64,000 bases of DNA from Tubiluchus corallicola. Its lineage: Eukaryota; Animalia; Priapulida. Location: the NCBI GenBank assembly GCA_030141605.1, contig JAQGDQ010000148.1, positions 62,001 through 126,000 on the forward strand, in the 5' to 3' direction. Under the pieces are notes generated by a model. That model saw only the letters and a list, made by a program, of their open reading frames with translations, ran no database searches and was not told where the DNA came from. Below are positions 39,085 through 50,855 of the stretch, one piece after another (position 1 is the first letter of the stretch; each line of letters opens with the position of its first letter). Made by a program: the position numbers and the translations under genes.

Positions 39085-39395
39085 TTTAGTACTAAATTTT
39101 CTAGTACGAAATATTCCCGGTACTATATTGTCTTGGTACCAAAATTTCCTTGTACCACACTTTTTAGTGCTAGACATCCTTTGTATAATGTTTTCCTTCT
39201 TCCAAAAATTCTTTATAATAGATTTTCTTAGTACCAAAAATTTCTTGTACCTATAGTACAAATTTGCCCAATTTATTAAAAATACAAATTCCCATATACA
39301 TGTATGAAAAATTCCTTGTACCAAATTTTGCCAGTACAAAACTTTCCTTATACCAAATTTACCTGTACCAAACCTACTTATACCAAACTTTCCTA
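39085..39395. repeat. Degenerate minisatellite (GTACCAAAATTTCCTT-like, ~15-20 bp period)
   Basis: GTACCAAA/GTACAAA/ATACCAAA-TTT motifs recur throughout. A nearby TAACCC-like run (~39602-39623) and GTGACT-TTTTCC repeats (~39795-39950) suggest a DNA-transposon relic. Confidence 0.6.
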
Positions 39396-40412
39396 CATTC
39401 GAGAAAACACGCTAGTCCAAACGCGGCGTAAGGACTGTAAGCTATGTAAGCTAATGGTAAATCTGCCAGATTTTTTTTGCCGAGTGGCTCTTCTTTTGCT
39501 AGGTTATTGCCATTTCAAATTCTAACTTAATGTAGTCTACGTAACTTAGACAGATAGAATAAGATGTAGCGTGTTCTGTTATAATCCAGGTAACAAATAA
39601 TCCTAACCCTAACACTAGCCCTAAAATATGGAATAAAACATGATACATGCAATGCCGTCATATATAGTGTTGTCAATATGTACAAGTCATGTATTGCCTA
39701 TTAATAACTGATTTAAAACATTTTCTGTTTTATTATTTTAATTGTTTATGATACTTAAATAAATTGCGATTGACTTTAATATTTTTGTTTAATTACCTGA
39801 CTGTTTTTCCTGTTCTGACTGACTGTACGAGCCACAGTTATACTTTCTTTCGGCTACCATAAATTAATTGTGACTTCTTTCCAGTGATTTTTTTCCTACA
39901 CAGAATTGTAAGTTTTTTGTGACTGTTTTCCTGTGACTTTATATCCAGTCAGCGTTCTCTCAACTGGTATTTCAGATAGTTGAGTTTGCGACTCGACAGG
40001 GCACACCTTTTTTTTCTAATGTCGCCCACGACCGACAGCATTGGCAATTTGGGACGATTTGTGTGGAACAGATTTTTTACATCTTGCAAAAAATTCCAGG
40101 GGGACATGTGCCTTTATAATGTCGTTTCTATTTTCAAATAATTTTAGTCAGAATTATAACATCTTTTATTTAAATGCTTTTGCTTTTGCTGCGCCTGCTG
40201 TTCATTTAATATTTCTTGATCTCGGATTATTTTTTAATACCATAATTATCTTCAAAAAAACCATCGATCTACTGTGATTTTCACCCAAACCACTATACCA
40301 GCTGGCGGAAATATTTTATAGACTGCCTTTGCTGCTAAAAGTCAACTGATATATAGTATTATATCTCTATAAATGTAATTTTATTGAACTTTTATTAATT
40401 TAATGTTTTTTG

Positions 40413-41828
40413 CTATGTTGAAGATGCGTAAGATAATTTCAGAACTTTTATATCGTTGATGTCCTGTGCTTCATTTAATAGTGCTTCTTGTAGAGCTTTG
40501 GCTTCTGTCTCAGGGGGACGATTGTTGTGCAGATCCAAAAACCTCAGATTCTCTACCTCTGTTAGAGCCCTTGATAACTGCGCTATAGACTCCAGTTTAG
40601 TATTATTAAGTTCTAAGATTACAAGAGATGTTCTTAGTTGGTAGACCAAATTTTGTAAGTCCTTGATGTTGTACGAAAAATCATTGTCATTTAGTGCCAG
40701 ATGCTCTATTGAAGTCTCTTTCAGAAGATCACCAAGACAGCGGATGTCTCTCCAATTTAGGTCAGTGTCAGAAAGATTTAAATGACTCAGTTGAGGAGGT
40801 AGTTTCTCGAGAAAAAGTTCCAAATTCCCCTCCAGCTGGTTTCCACTTAAATCAAGAGAATTAAGGTTATGGAACGAGGGCAGGAAATTAGCTAACAACT
40901 TTAATGACTCGTCTCCAATAATATCGTTCCATGATAAATCTAAAAATTGTAGTTCTGTTAGAGTTGCCAATGGATCCAACAACTTTTCCAAGTCAATTTC
41001 ATCAAAACTACATTCTTGTAGCGTAAGTCCTGTTATTCTCGTGGCATCCAAGTGACTTAACAGATTAACAATTGCATCAGCAGACAAGGATCTAGCCCTT
41101 ACTTTGCGGATGTGGAGAGTGATGCATGCAGACGTACGACATTTCATTAGAAGGTTTATGGTCTGTGCTCTTAACCGACAAACTGACAAGTCGATGACCA
41201 GATGTAAATGTTTTACTGGGTGCTTATTGCGCCTTCCAAACTGCCTGCTTTGCTTAGAATACCTGATTATATCATTCAGTATGGGATAATCAACGTATAA
41301 TCCCGTAATATCGATGTATTGTAGGCTTCCTGGCAGGTAGCCTTTAAACAAGGACCTCCTGAGACAGTTTTCAAGTACGCAGAAGCCATCTTTGATAACT
41401 GCAAGTCGTTGGAAACCACTCTGAGGCATCCATGGTTCCAAAAAAGAGTCGGGATATTGCACAATATGTCTTATCACTGGTATGATGTCAGACAGTTTAA
41501 AGCTAGTTTCTGGCCAGGCGAAGAATAAGTCTTCGATCTTGTCTTCAGACTTCGTTCTGAAGACTGCATTCATTAAAATTGGAAACAATTCTGCCGGCAG
41601 AATTTTTTCTCTTGCTATAATTGATGGAAACACTTCAGTATCAGATAAAACTAAGTTTTGTGAGCAGATGTCTGTCAACGACTCGACACCGATTGACAAA
41701 AACTGCCATGTTGCTTTCACAACTGGTGTTGATTTTCTTTGCGCCATCAGGTTGGATTGGACCATGTTTTCTGTAGAAGTTATACGCCAGTGCCACTGAT
41801 ATATAAATGCACTAACGTTGGCTTGCAT
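40413..41828 (-). CDS. PRAME/LRRC14-family leucine-rich-repeat protein (putative Cullin-2/Elongin BC substrate receptor), single coding exon
   Basis: 471-aa uninterrupted ORF. SLTDICSQNLV (BC-box-like) and LPAELFPILMNAVF...DLFFAWPETSFKL match the PRAME-family N-terminus (LPxELFPxLF...AWP). The C-terminal half has RI-like LRRs (LQFLDLSWNDI, LNSLDLSGNQL, LSHLNLSDTDL, LRFLDLHNN). The true start may be the ATG at 41765 (AAAACATGG, just after a CTACAG acceptor). Confidence 0.85.
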   Translation of the reverse strand: MQANVSAFIYQWHWRITSTENMVQSNLMAQRKSTPVVKATWQFLSIGVESLTDICSQNLVLSDTEVFPSIIAREKILPAELFPILMNAVFRTKSEDKIEDLFFAWPETSFKLSDIIPVIRHIVQYPDSFLEPWMPQSGFQRLAVIKDGFCVLENCLRRSLFKGYLPGSLQYIDITGLYVDYPILNDIIRYSKQSRQFGRRNKHPVKHLHLVIDLSVCRLRAQTINLLMKCRTSACITLHIRKVRARSLSADAIVNLLSHLDATRITGLTLQECSFDEIDLEKLLDPLATLTELQFLDLSWNDIIGDESLKLLANFLPSFHNLNSLDLSGNQLEGNLELFLEKLPPQLSHLNLSDTDLNWRDIRCLGDLLKETSIEHLALNDNDFSYNIKDLQNLVYQLRTSLVILELNNTKLESIAQLSRALTEVENLRFLDLHNNRPPETEAKALQEALLNEAQDINDIKVLKLSYASST

Positions 41829-41864
41829 AATGTGTTCATCTAAAATTGTGCAATAAGAAGTTGC

Positions 41865-41950
41865 AACAATATGGCGGGTCTTTGGCTATACAGAATGACG
41901 CCATAAATCAATGTTTCGTTTGGTGACGTAAGATGACATGACGTAATCAT
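41865..41950. promoter_or_regulatory. Promoter-like motif cluster upstream of the LRR gene
   Basis: YY1-like AATATGGCGG (41868-41877) and two TGACGTAA CRE/ATF-like sites (41924, 41939). Confidence 0.3.
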
Positions 41951-43340
41951 CACGCATAGGTAATTGCTGAATTATATTACTGACTAAAACTTTAAGATTT
42001 TTCACACAGCTGAGGACTGGTGACCGAGATATCGAAGCAAACTTGTAGGTAAACTGGTGGTAAACATCTTAGTTTTTTATGTTAAATCGGTTTTATTGTG
42101 GCAAAAGCAAAAAAGAACAAACAACCAATGAATAAAAAAAGTTAAGAAAAAAAGAATTAACGAAGTAAAATAAAAATAAAATGTTAATAGCAATTTACCT
42201 CGTTGATGGAGAACGTAGGCCTATTCACGTGGCATATGTGACCGTCAAAACACGTCTGCTGATTCAGTATCTTATATTAGAGAATTTATCTTGATAGTAA
42301 GAAAGCTTACGGCCCTGCCACAAAAATCTGTTATGAAGGGCCATGCCACGGAGCGCTATATCTCGGAGAAGTGCATATAAAAAACCGATGTGTATAATTC
42401 GATTCAATGTTCTAAAGCGTTTGTTAACCGTCTAACTGCACCTCACAGAAACTTCGCATCAAGGATTTACATCGTAATTTCTATTATAAAAATTTCATTC
42501 AATAACTTATGCAGACGTGAAATTTCACCAACTTCTGTACTTTACCCAGTTTCAAAAACAAGTTTGCAACTACATGCGAGTAGTTCTGATTGCAATGTCA
42601 CATCTATGTTACCGGTTATCCTTCAAAAGCTCAAACTAATAAGTTGTCCCCGCATCAGTGTTAGCGAAGTCTTCGCAGTATAATCAAGTACTAATTGGCT
42701 GAGCTCGGCCCCCAAAAACTGATATCATCACTGTTTTGTCAAGAAATCCCAAGGGTTTGTTTTTCACACGGTCTACTACAAAAGTATTTCGTCCTAAAGA
42801 ACTATTTGTCTATTTATTTTTATTTATTTATCACATTGTACTTTAATGTAACTCAATGACATTTTGAATACTGTCGTCACAATGCCCTTAGTTAAGCCCA
42901 CAATATTTCAACTTTCCTAACGTGTAGCGTCTACAAAAGTCAATCATAATAAAACTACGATATAAAATCGTGGTTATAAGGCAAAGTATTATTTTGTCTT
43001 ACTAAATGACACATAAAAATTCCCTAGCTCACACTTTTACTAGCTCACAATATATAGTAGGGTCAAGCTTAGTGAACTATGGAATTATGCAGTTTGACCT
43101 TGGCTGCATAAACTTTATGAACTTAATTTATAAGATTTTGAACTTTATGAACTTAATTTACCATTTGATCAAAAAGTATTTTGACATGAGCCAGTTGTTG
43201 CTAATTTTAACCGAAAAGTCATGGGCCAACTTTCTTCCATTTTGGCTTGAATCGCGTCATCAACAGACTTCTTCAGAAATTCAGCAACAGACGCAACCAC
43301 AGTCTTGAAACGTGTAAACAAATGGAGCGCTGTTAGCAAG

Positions 43341-46300
43341 CTAGTGTTTGATTAAAACTCTTTCCAAAGCTGTCAACGGCACCTCAATTAGCAAGCTTAG
43401 GGCCAAACAGAAGAGAAAATCCACCATGACGTGTCCAAAAACCAACATCACCTGCAGATACAAAAAACTATTTTAATAATAGATTATAGCATAGAGAAGT
43501 AAGTTAGTAAGCAATTGTTAAAATCAAACAGTTAGTAAATAAATAGGCAAACAATCGAGTCTAACTGCAGATGATTAATTTCGTTTGAGACTTCTAGTTT
43601 TTATCTGCAAATCCAAAGTAAACAACGAAACAAATCTGCAACTTTTTAACACCAAATATAATGCACTACATTTAAAAGTGGAAAGCTAAGCCCGCCATAA
43701 TTGCTTTTTGGTATACAGTAACAAAAGAAAAAAAATTACCATAGTAAAGGCAACAAAGTGGATGGGTTTCTGTAGATTGTAATAATAAACAATCATCAGA
43801 TCTGGATGCATAATAAACACGGAGTAAACAAGTTTGCTAATTGGTCCAAATCCTGCCCAAGAAAGAAGTGCATTCACTGGACCTAAAAGAAATTCACGGA
43901 AATTGTTCGTCTGCTGAACCACACAGATCCAGAAGTTCACTAAACAGTGGTAGCGACAATGATAATTCGACAAAATTGGTCCTTGTACAAACAAAGCTAA
44001 TTCTCTGGGATGCTTATTTAAAATCTAAAAATGGAGAGAAGTTATTATTGGCATATATGATTATTGTTTTATAGTTATGGACTGAAATGATCATATGTCC
44101 CATTCCTATTGTAAGAAGTATAATACAAAAACTAAAATATACAAAAATTTATCTAAAAATTGTAATTATGTTATTAAAGATTGAACAAAAATCAAAATAA
44201 CAAGGTCATTTACGCATAATGACTACAACCAATGTCTCAAAAATGTCAAGATAAAAACCACTAATACACATGACTAACAAATGTGTATAAGTTGTAAACG
44301 AAATCTAAAGTCACATTTTGATATTTTAAACACTGCTATAACTGACTGAGTTAAGGTTCTCTAGGGTCAGGGTCTTCAATGTGATGCAATATTCTCAATA
44401 TCGTAATATTTATAAAGCTAACTAAATTCTAAACTTTCTTTGTCTCAGAGATACTTTTTCCTTAAGAGTCATATCTGCAGTTATGTTTTCACAAACGATC
44501 ATGTAAAAAATGTCTACAGACCAGCATTTCCTGTCTGACATGCCCAGATCACCCATGCCATGGTCAAAGCCCAAGCAAAACGATGAGTGGAGTTGTAAAG
44601 AGCCGCCATGCCGTCTGAGGGTCGGTAGTCAGGAAATTCCTCGTACGATTTGGCTAACCCAAAGATCAGCGCTAGAGCCACAGCAGTTGAGCACAGCCAC
44701 CCTAACATAATGATACCCTGTAAACGTGGTAAATATGAGTATTGCAGCTGTCATTCATTCAAATGGTAATGCGCTTTTGAAAGTTGCAGTTGCCATTGTT
44801 CAGCAGTAAATTAAACGCAAAGAAGGGGAAAGCAAATTAATTTATTTACAACTTGCTAATTACTAAAAAATAGCAGGTATATCGTGAAGCCAGATCATGC
44901 AGGCTAGGGTATCAAGTACGTAGGGCGTATAAACATGTACCCTGTGAAGCCTAATTCTTCTGTTTTTCATTGTAGAGAAGTAATGTCCCAGCATCATTCC
45001 CAGCAGATATGGGGCAGCACGCGTATATGGCTTCTGATAAATGTAGTCAATGTCTGGGTTTGCATCTTCGGAGGTGGCTCTGAAAATTCATCAATGTCTT
45101 CGTCATTATTTACACAGTTAGTGAAAAAGTTTATTAAGAAAAAGTTATCGTTTCAGTGTCTACTGAGTCAGATTATAAACTGGCAGCATTTCCAGCGCAG
45201 GCCTGGCATGCGGACCTAGTAGTGGCCCTTTTTATAATCCTTGTTAGTGCTACTGTTACAATCACTAAAAACGGAACATTTGCTCTTACGATCCGATAAC
45301 TGTAGCTGGTAATCCATATGAGTAAGATATAACAAATGTTGTAACCATGGATGCTGCTGTTAATATAGCAGTTAGCGTCACTCCCACTTTGCGATTCCTA
45401 TAACAGAAAAACTGCGTTATATTCTTCAAGAGAAACTGCCTGATTGAAATGGTAATCTTCTTGGTTTTAACGTAAAAAGCGAATACAGTACTGGTATTCT
45501 TCTAACCCACGAAGAATGCAGGTTAAATTAAATGGAGATAAAAACAGTTTTTCCCGCACAAGGGCTTGTAAATTGTAAAATCGTTGTTCACGATTTTAGT
45601 ACTTGTGAACTACTATAACTTACTTGTATAAAGTTATAATGATAATTGGACTAAATATAAACAGCTGCATGTCACAGGCTAGGTACCACGTCCACTTATA
45701 ACACTAAAATGAAAATAAAAAAGTGCTTTTAAATTTTTGATACAATGGTACCAAAAGATTTGACAAAAAGTAAAAGATAAATTATCTAACCACCTAATAG
45801 AAAATTGTGGCAATCTGTAACTTAGCTAACTTCTGCTTAAAAATATTTTTAAATAATGCTTAAGAATTAATGTTGCCGAAATGTAATGATACAAATTGAC
45901 ATTGCAACAGTTTAATATTAAAATGACTGTGTCTGTGTAGTTGTAAAAATGTATTAATTATGCTTTTTAAAACGTTGCGCGAATATGCAGGCCTGAATTC
46001 ATAATATGTCTGTAGCGCCTACGGCCTACGAGCTAACCGACGGAACACAAAGGATTAAAGGTGCATAATAATGTAAAAAAATCTTAGAAAAACGTATATA
46101 GTGCTATAGCTGTTTATCTCGTTAATTCTGTATTAGTTCTTCTTTGCTTACTTTGTCCACGTTTCTTGTGGGATAGAAATTGTGTATGTATAGTAGTGTG
46201 GACCACCAATTTTTTTCACAGTCATGTGGAGCAGCTGAATCAAACGTGTACAGAGGTCCGTGGGTGAGACGAAAGTAGAGAGATACATACATAAGCACAG

Positions 46301-49300
46301 TATATGCAAAAACTGGCGTAAGCCTGCAAAAAACGAACAAACGGTTTGTTACTCTATAAGTTGCATAGAGTGCTACACTAAAAACAACAATTGTCCGCAT
46401 TATTTTGTCCACTTAAATGAATAATAAATGATTTTGTGCAGTCTCTGTGCAATGAAATGCATTTTACTTTCTTCCTCTTCATTATCTTCCTACCTCCACC
46501 AGCGATGAAAGTAGAAGTGAATCCACCAGCTCACTGTCCTTCCCTCTCCCTTCTTCAATCTCTCCAGGGTCCAGAACGTGACTAGCATACCGCTGGCCAA
46601 GAAGAACGTATCGACAGCATAGTGTGCATTTAGAACCAGAAGAAACATCGACTCTTGTAACGCTTTGGACAACTGTATCAGGTTGTCCAGCGTAGCTGTT
46701 GAATAAGTAAAATGTTATAGAAAAGAAATGTCTTCTAACGAACCGTTATTATTTATTAGTTTGTTTAGTTGTCGAATGAAGCTGTTGGTAATAGGATCAG
46801 TAAATTACAGAATGGCACTGAATTAATGTGATGAAAGAAATTGATTCAAGTCGGCAAACAGTTAAACATTTATAAGTGAGTAACGTTTAGGGCGACTTTG
46901 TCTCTGTGTGTTAATGTAAGTTTTTTTCGAAACGCTAGGCTTGAAAAAACTCAACATACGACGCAGCTGCTCATAACTTACGTATGGCATACATAAACGA
47001 ATGACCAAGAATAATCCAGATAATGCTTATAGACTTCATTCCATCTAGCATGCGAAAGTATCTATCTTGTGGTGGCCGGACAGTACAAAACAATTTCTTG
47101 ACGTTCGTGACCAGGGAGAAACACAAAAGTAGCTTTTCGCACAAAGCTGAAATATCAAAAATTCACCAACATCATCATCAACGCATTTTCGTTGTCATCA
47201 TCATTTCATGTCAACACTGTCATAGTCTTCATCATCATCATCATCATCATCATCGTCGTCGTCGTCGTCGTCGTCATCATTATCATCATCGTCATCATCG
47301 TCATGCTCATCATCATGATCATCATTATCGTCATCATGATCATCGTCATCGTCATCGTCATCGTCATCATCATCATCATTATCATCATCGTCATCATCAT
47401 CATTATCATCATCATGATCAACATCATCATCATCGTCGTCGTCGTCATCATCATCATCATCATCATCATCATCGTCACAGTAACACAAATTTGAACAAAA
47501 TTGTACTTAAATATGCTACATCTTTATAATCATATTTTTTGTGGTTAGTTTTAGGAGATATGCACTTACGTTGGCTTCTTTTTGCTAACACTTGGCTAGG
47601 TTCTATCATTTCTAGCGGATCCATTGGTTCAATATTTTCTATCCTATTGCTCTTGGAAATGTGCCTTCTCACAACATTTTCATTCACGTCCTTCTCGTTA
47701 GAAACAATCTTCTCGTCCTCGTCAATTTGCTCTGATATAGTTTCTAGATGCAACACATCTCTACTATCATTCTTTTTCCATGGTGGTGGAAAAGGGCGAA
47801 CTATCTCTAATTCCGGTGTGTCTGATGGATATAAGCCGTATTTGAAACCTTCGTAGAGAGTAGCGATCACAGCTAGGATTACGGCAAGGGCGGAAATAAT
47901 TCTGTAAAACATGGAAGTATATGTAGAGGTAGTTTAAAGTTATTTTTCCTTGATTATCGTCATCGTCATTATCATCATCATCATAATCGTCAACATCATC
48001 ATCTTCTTCTTCTTCTTCTTCTTCTTCTTCTTCAATACACGATAAATGTCGTCATCTTCATCATTCTTATCATCGTTATCATCAGATCCATCCAGTATTA
48101 GTACTCGAACTTACGCTGCTATGTAGTCACTGGCAACCCATATTTCCCTGTCTATTTGACATTCCGTTCCAGATACTTCAGGGCCTGGGATAAGGATGAT
48201 TCTAGAATCTGCTGTGTTCCCTTCACTTTTTTTTCTATCGGTTATAATGCCAATAATATTCTGAAAAATATCTGAAATCAAGAGAGTGAGATGTCAATTA
48301 TGCATAACAGAAAACGCGAAAAGTACGAAGTTTTCTTCCAAATTCAGACATATTAGACAGATTGGGCACAGTAGCTATAATTATTTCATTACCGTGTGCC
48401 CAAACGAAGTGCCCTTAACATTTCTTCATTTTATTATCTTCAAAGTAACGGAGAGTCAAGCCCATGAAACTTGACATATAGGTAATATTTGCAGGGTAAA
48501 GAGTCGCAAGCTCGTATTTGTCATTGACTTGACCTTAAATATTGGTAGGACCGTAGAATTCGTAGTGCTCATAGTTATATAAAATACCAAACGTTTAACA
48601 TTGAGCTCCAATATCACTGAGGCAAAGCCAATCAGTTAAAGTTAAACTTGCCAAATGCGTAGCACTAATTCGGTGGGAGACCATTGATTAGCAAAGTTTC
48701 ATAACGGTATTAAAAATCAGGCATATTATTATTTTGGAGATGCAGAGTATTTTAGGTACGGTTTCCAAAAATATATCGCGCTTCTCGTTAGTACTAGGAT
48801 GTTAAATGGGCGAGCTAGTTTAAAACTGTCCTGTATATTAAAATACCTAAGTAAGGTGCTTTTAGCATTAGTACCTCATGATGTTTTCTGTATGTGTTTC
48901 GCTCTTTGTATCCGCCTTGAATCAAAGAGTCATATTTACTCAATGATTAAAACCATGTTCAACTAGCTGGGAACTTATACAATATTTGCACATGCTGAAT
49001 CTCTTACTTGTTCTTTAAGTCAGTAGCCAAGAAAAGTTACTTGCCTAAGGTAAGGAGATGTGTCACATCTTGCGGACTGCATGTTTTAGGGACGCAGACT
49101 CCCATTAGAATTGGTAGAGATATATCCTAAATGAAATATAAGAACTGTACTCAGAAACCGCATATACAAGATCTATTACTCGACACTGCTCAAAAGATAT
49201 CTGTTTTTCACTTTCTAAGCTTACATCTTCCTATCATTATCTTCATTATCGCCACTACCAAACCACCACCACCACTGCCCCACTACCATCACCACCACCA

Positions 49301-50855
49301 CCACAACCACTACCACCAGCATCCAACACCACCACCACCAACACCACCACCACCAACAACAACAACACCACCACCAACAACAACAACAGCAAACCACTAC
49401 CACCACAGTCGTCACCACTACCACCATCACTACCATATCAAATCATCATTCACCACCATAGTTGCACATTTCATCTTCTTTATTACATTGTCATCATCAT
49501 CGTTATTACCACAACCACCACCACCACCACCATTATCACCAGAGTGAGAGAGACGTTAACGGCGTCGTTTAAATTCCCGCGGCAATAAACTAACCCCTAA
49601 AGATAATCTCATTGGAGCTAAGCAGTAATTGGCATCCATTGGTATGTCTCTAGTATTAGTGCAATTTGATTCGCAATCTTTCTTGATATCCATGCACATG
49701 TCGAACGAGCCAAACCAAAATATGTAGCCATCCGTTAGACCAGCTGGCAGCTTGGCAGTCGCATCAAAAACTATGAAAGACAAATTTTATTTTTGACTTT
49801 TATAGTAGTCCCACACAGAAGAATCTGTATGCAGTAACTTGTCTAACACAGATTTTTGCTAGTCGCGGGGTCGATGAATGCTGTTTTACAAACTTTGTCC
49901 ACATAGATTTTTCGTTAAATACCACCGCACCATGCAAAACTGTCTGCAGTTTACCAAGTTTGTCGCGCAGTTTAAACGTGCTTGATTTTCTGCCTCAAAT
50001 AAACTGACCCTGCTCGCATGTGCTGGCTCGGTACAATGATTTGTCTCAGGCAAAACAAAATCAGATCAATAAAAAACAATCGTTTAGTCATATGTCATCT
50101 GATAATTGTTTACTGAGGCTCTCAACTAATTGTTTTTTGATTACTGACACAGTTTGTTTCATACAAAAGGTGCTATGTGGGGTCAAATTTTGTCCGAGAG
50201 GGTTTTCATCAAACAGTTTGTTGTAGACAAATTTTTACGTGCTTGTGCGAGTAATATTTAATAAAAATCTGCGTGCGACAGGAAGCTGCAGACTGATTTG
50301 CACCGCGTGCTCCCTGAATTAGAAAATACCTATTGACAGAAATTTTGCGCAGAAGAAGGTCGAAACAGCCACTAAACAATGTTCTATGGCCAATGATTAT
50401 CAAATATTCAGCCACTCGAAAAGAAATTATGCGTATAGTACCTACTCTACTCTACATAGCGTTGTATACAAATACATGTTCTTACTTTGAATAGCATATA
50501 ACTGTAGATCTATCAAGTCAAAGAGAACTTTTAGGACATCTCTCCGACATGTCTTGTTAATGAACATCCAGTCCCTGCTATCAACAATCCTTTCTATCTT
50601 CACTGAGAAACTAGGCTCTGATGTTACTGACTCGAGCTCTTCTCGAATGGCATTTCGTATTTTGGCTGCTCTTTTTTCACTGTCGGGATTCAGTCCGAAA
50701 GCTAGTGCCTGTCTGCTTACTTTGTCCGGAAAGAATAACCCGTCAGTTCTAAACGTTTCTTCGTTAAAATAATCATGTGATTTTGCAGCAGATATGTGAA
50801 TTATCATTGGCAAAGTCATCGCCCAAAGTGCTGCTCTGAATACGTCAGCACTCAT
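43341..50855 (-). CDS. NRF-6-like (nose resistant to fluoxetine 6) membrane O-acyltransferase, NRF domain + acyltransferase-3 domain, ~810 aa, 14 coding exons
   Basis: Exons: 50486-50855, 49595-49770, 49045-49126 (GC donor), 48115-48271, 47570-47901, 46982-47146, 46494-46695, 46152-46323, 45624-45703, 45290-45397, 44941-45079, 44522-44717, 43740-43882, 43341-43451; 2433 nt in total, in frame to TAG. The N-terminus is signal-peptide-like. NRF motifs: FDATAKLPAGLTDG...GSFDMC and GVCVPKTCS. AT3 motifs: LDGMKSISIIWIILGH, NAHYAVDTFFLASG, HRWWRLTP, WTWYLACDMQLF, YQKPYTRAAPYLLG, LSW...PISKLVYSVFIMH, IEVP. Confidence 0.92.
47164..47478. repeat. (ATC/GTC)n compound trinucleotide microsatellite, intronic
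   Basis: About 300 bp of CAT/CGT repeats filling most of intron 47147-47569. Confidence 0.97.
47953..48084. repeat. (ATC)n/(CTT)n microsatellite, intronic
   Basis: Visible directly in the sequence. Confidence 0.9.
48390..48760. mobile_element. Possible Helentron/HINE-like relic
   Basis: CCATGAAACTTGAC...GACTTGACCTT motifs are typical of these non-autonomous families in marine invertebrates. Boundaries uncertain. Confidence 0.25.
49250..49540. repeat. (ACC/ACA/ATC)n compound microsatellite, intronic
   Basis: Visible directly in the sequence. Confidence 0.93.

Noticed and set aside
46990-47050. Lys instead of Arg in the acyltransferase-3 DGxR motif (LDGMK)
   Set aside because: The motif is described as R/K-X10-H and the His is retained, so this is not evidence of inactivity.
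47023-47529. Poly-His, poly-Asp, poly-Ile and poly-Met ORFs in the track
   Set aside because: These are translations of an intronic (ATC/GTC)n microsatellite.
49131-49547. Pro/His/Thr-rich ORF
   Set aside because: It is a translation of an intronic (ACC)n microsatellite.
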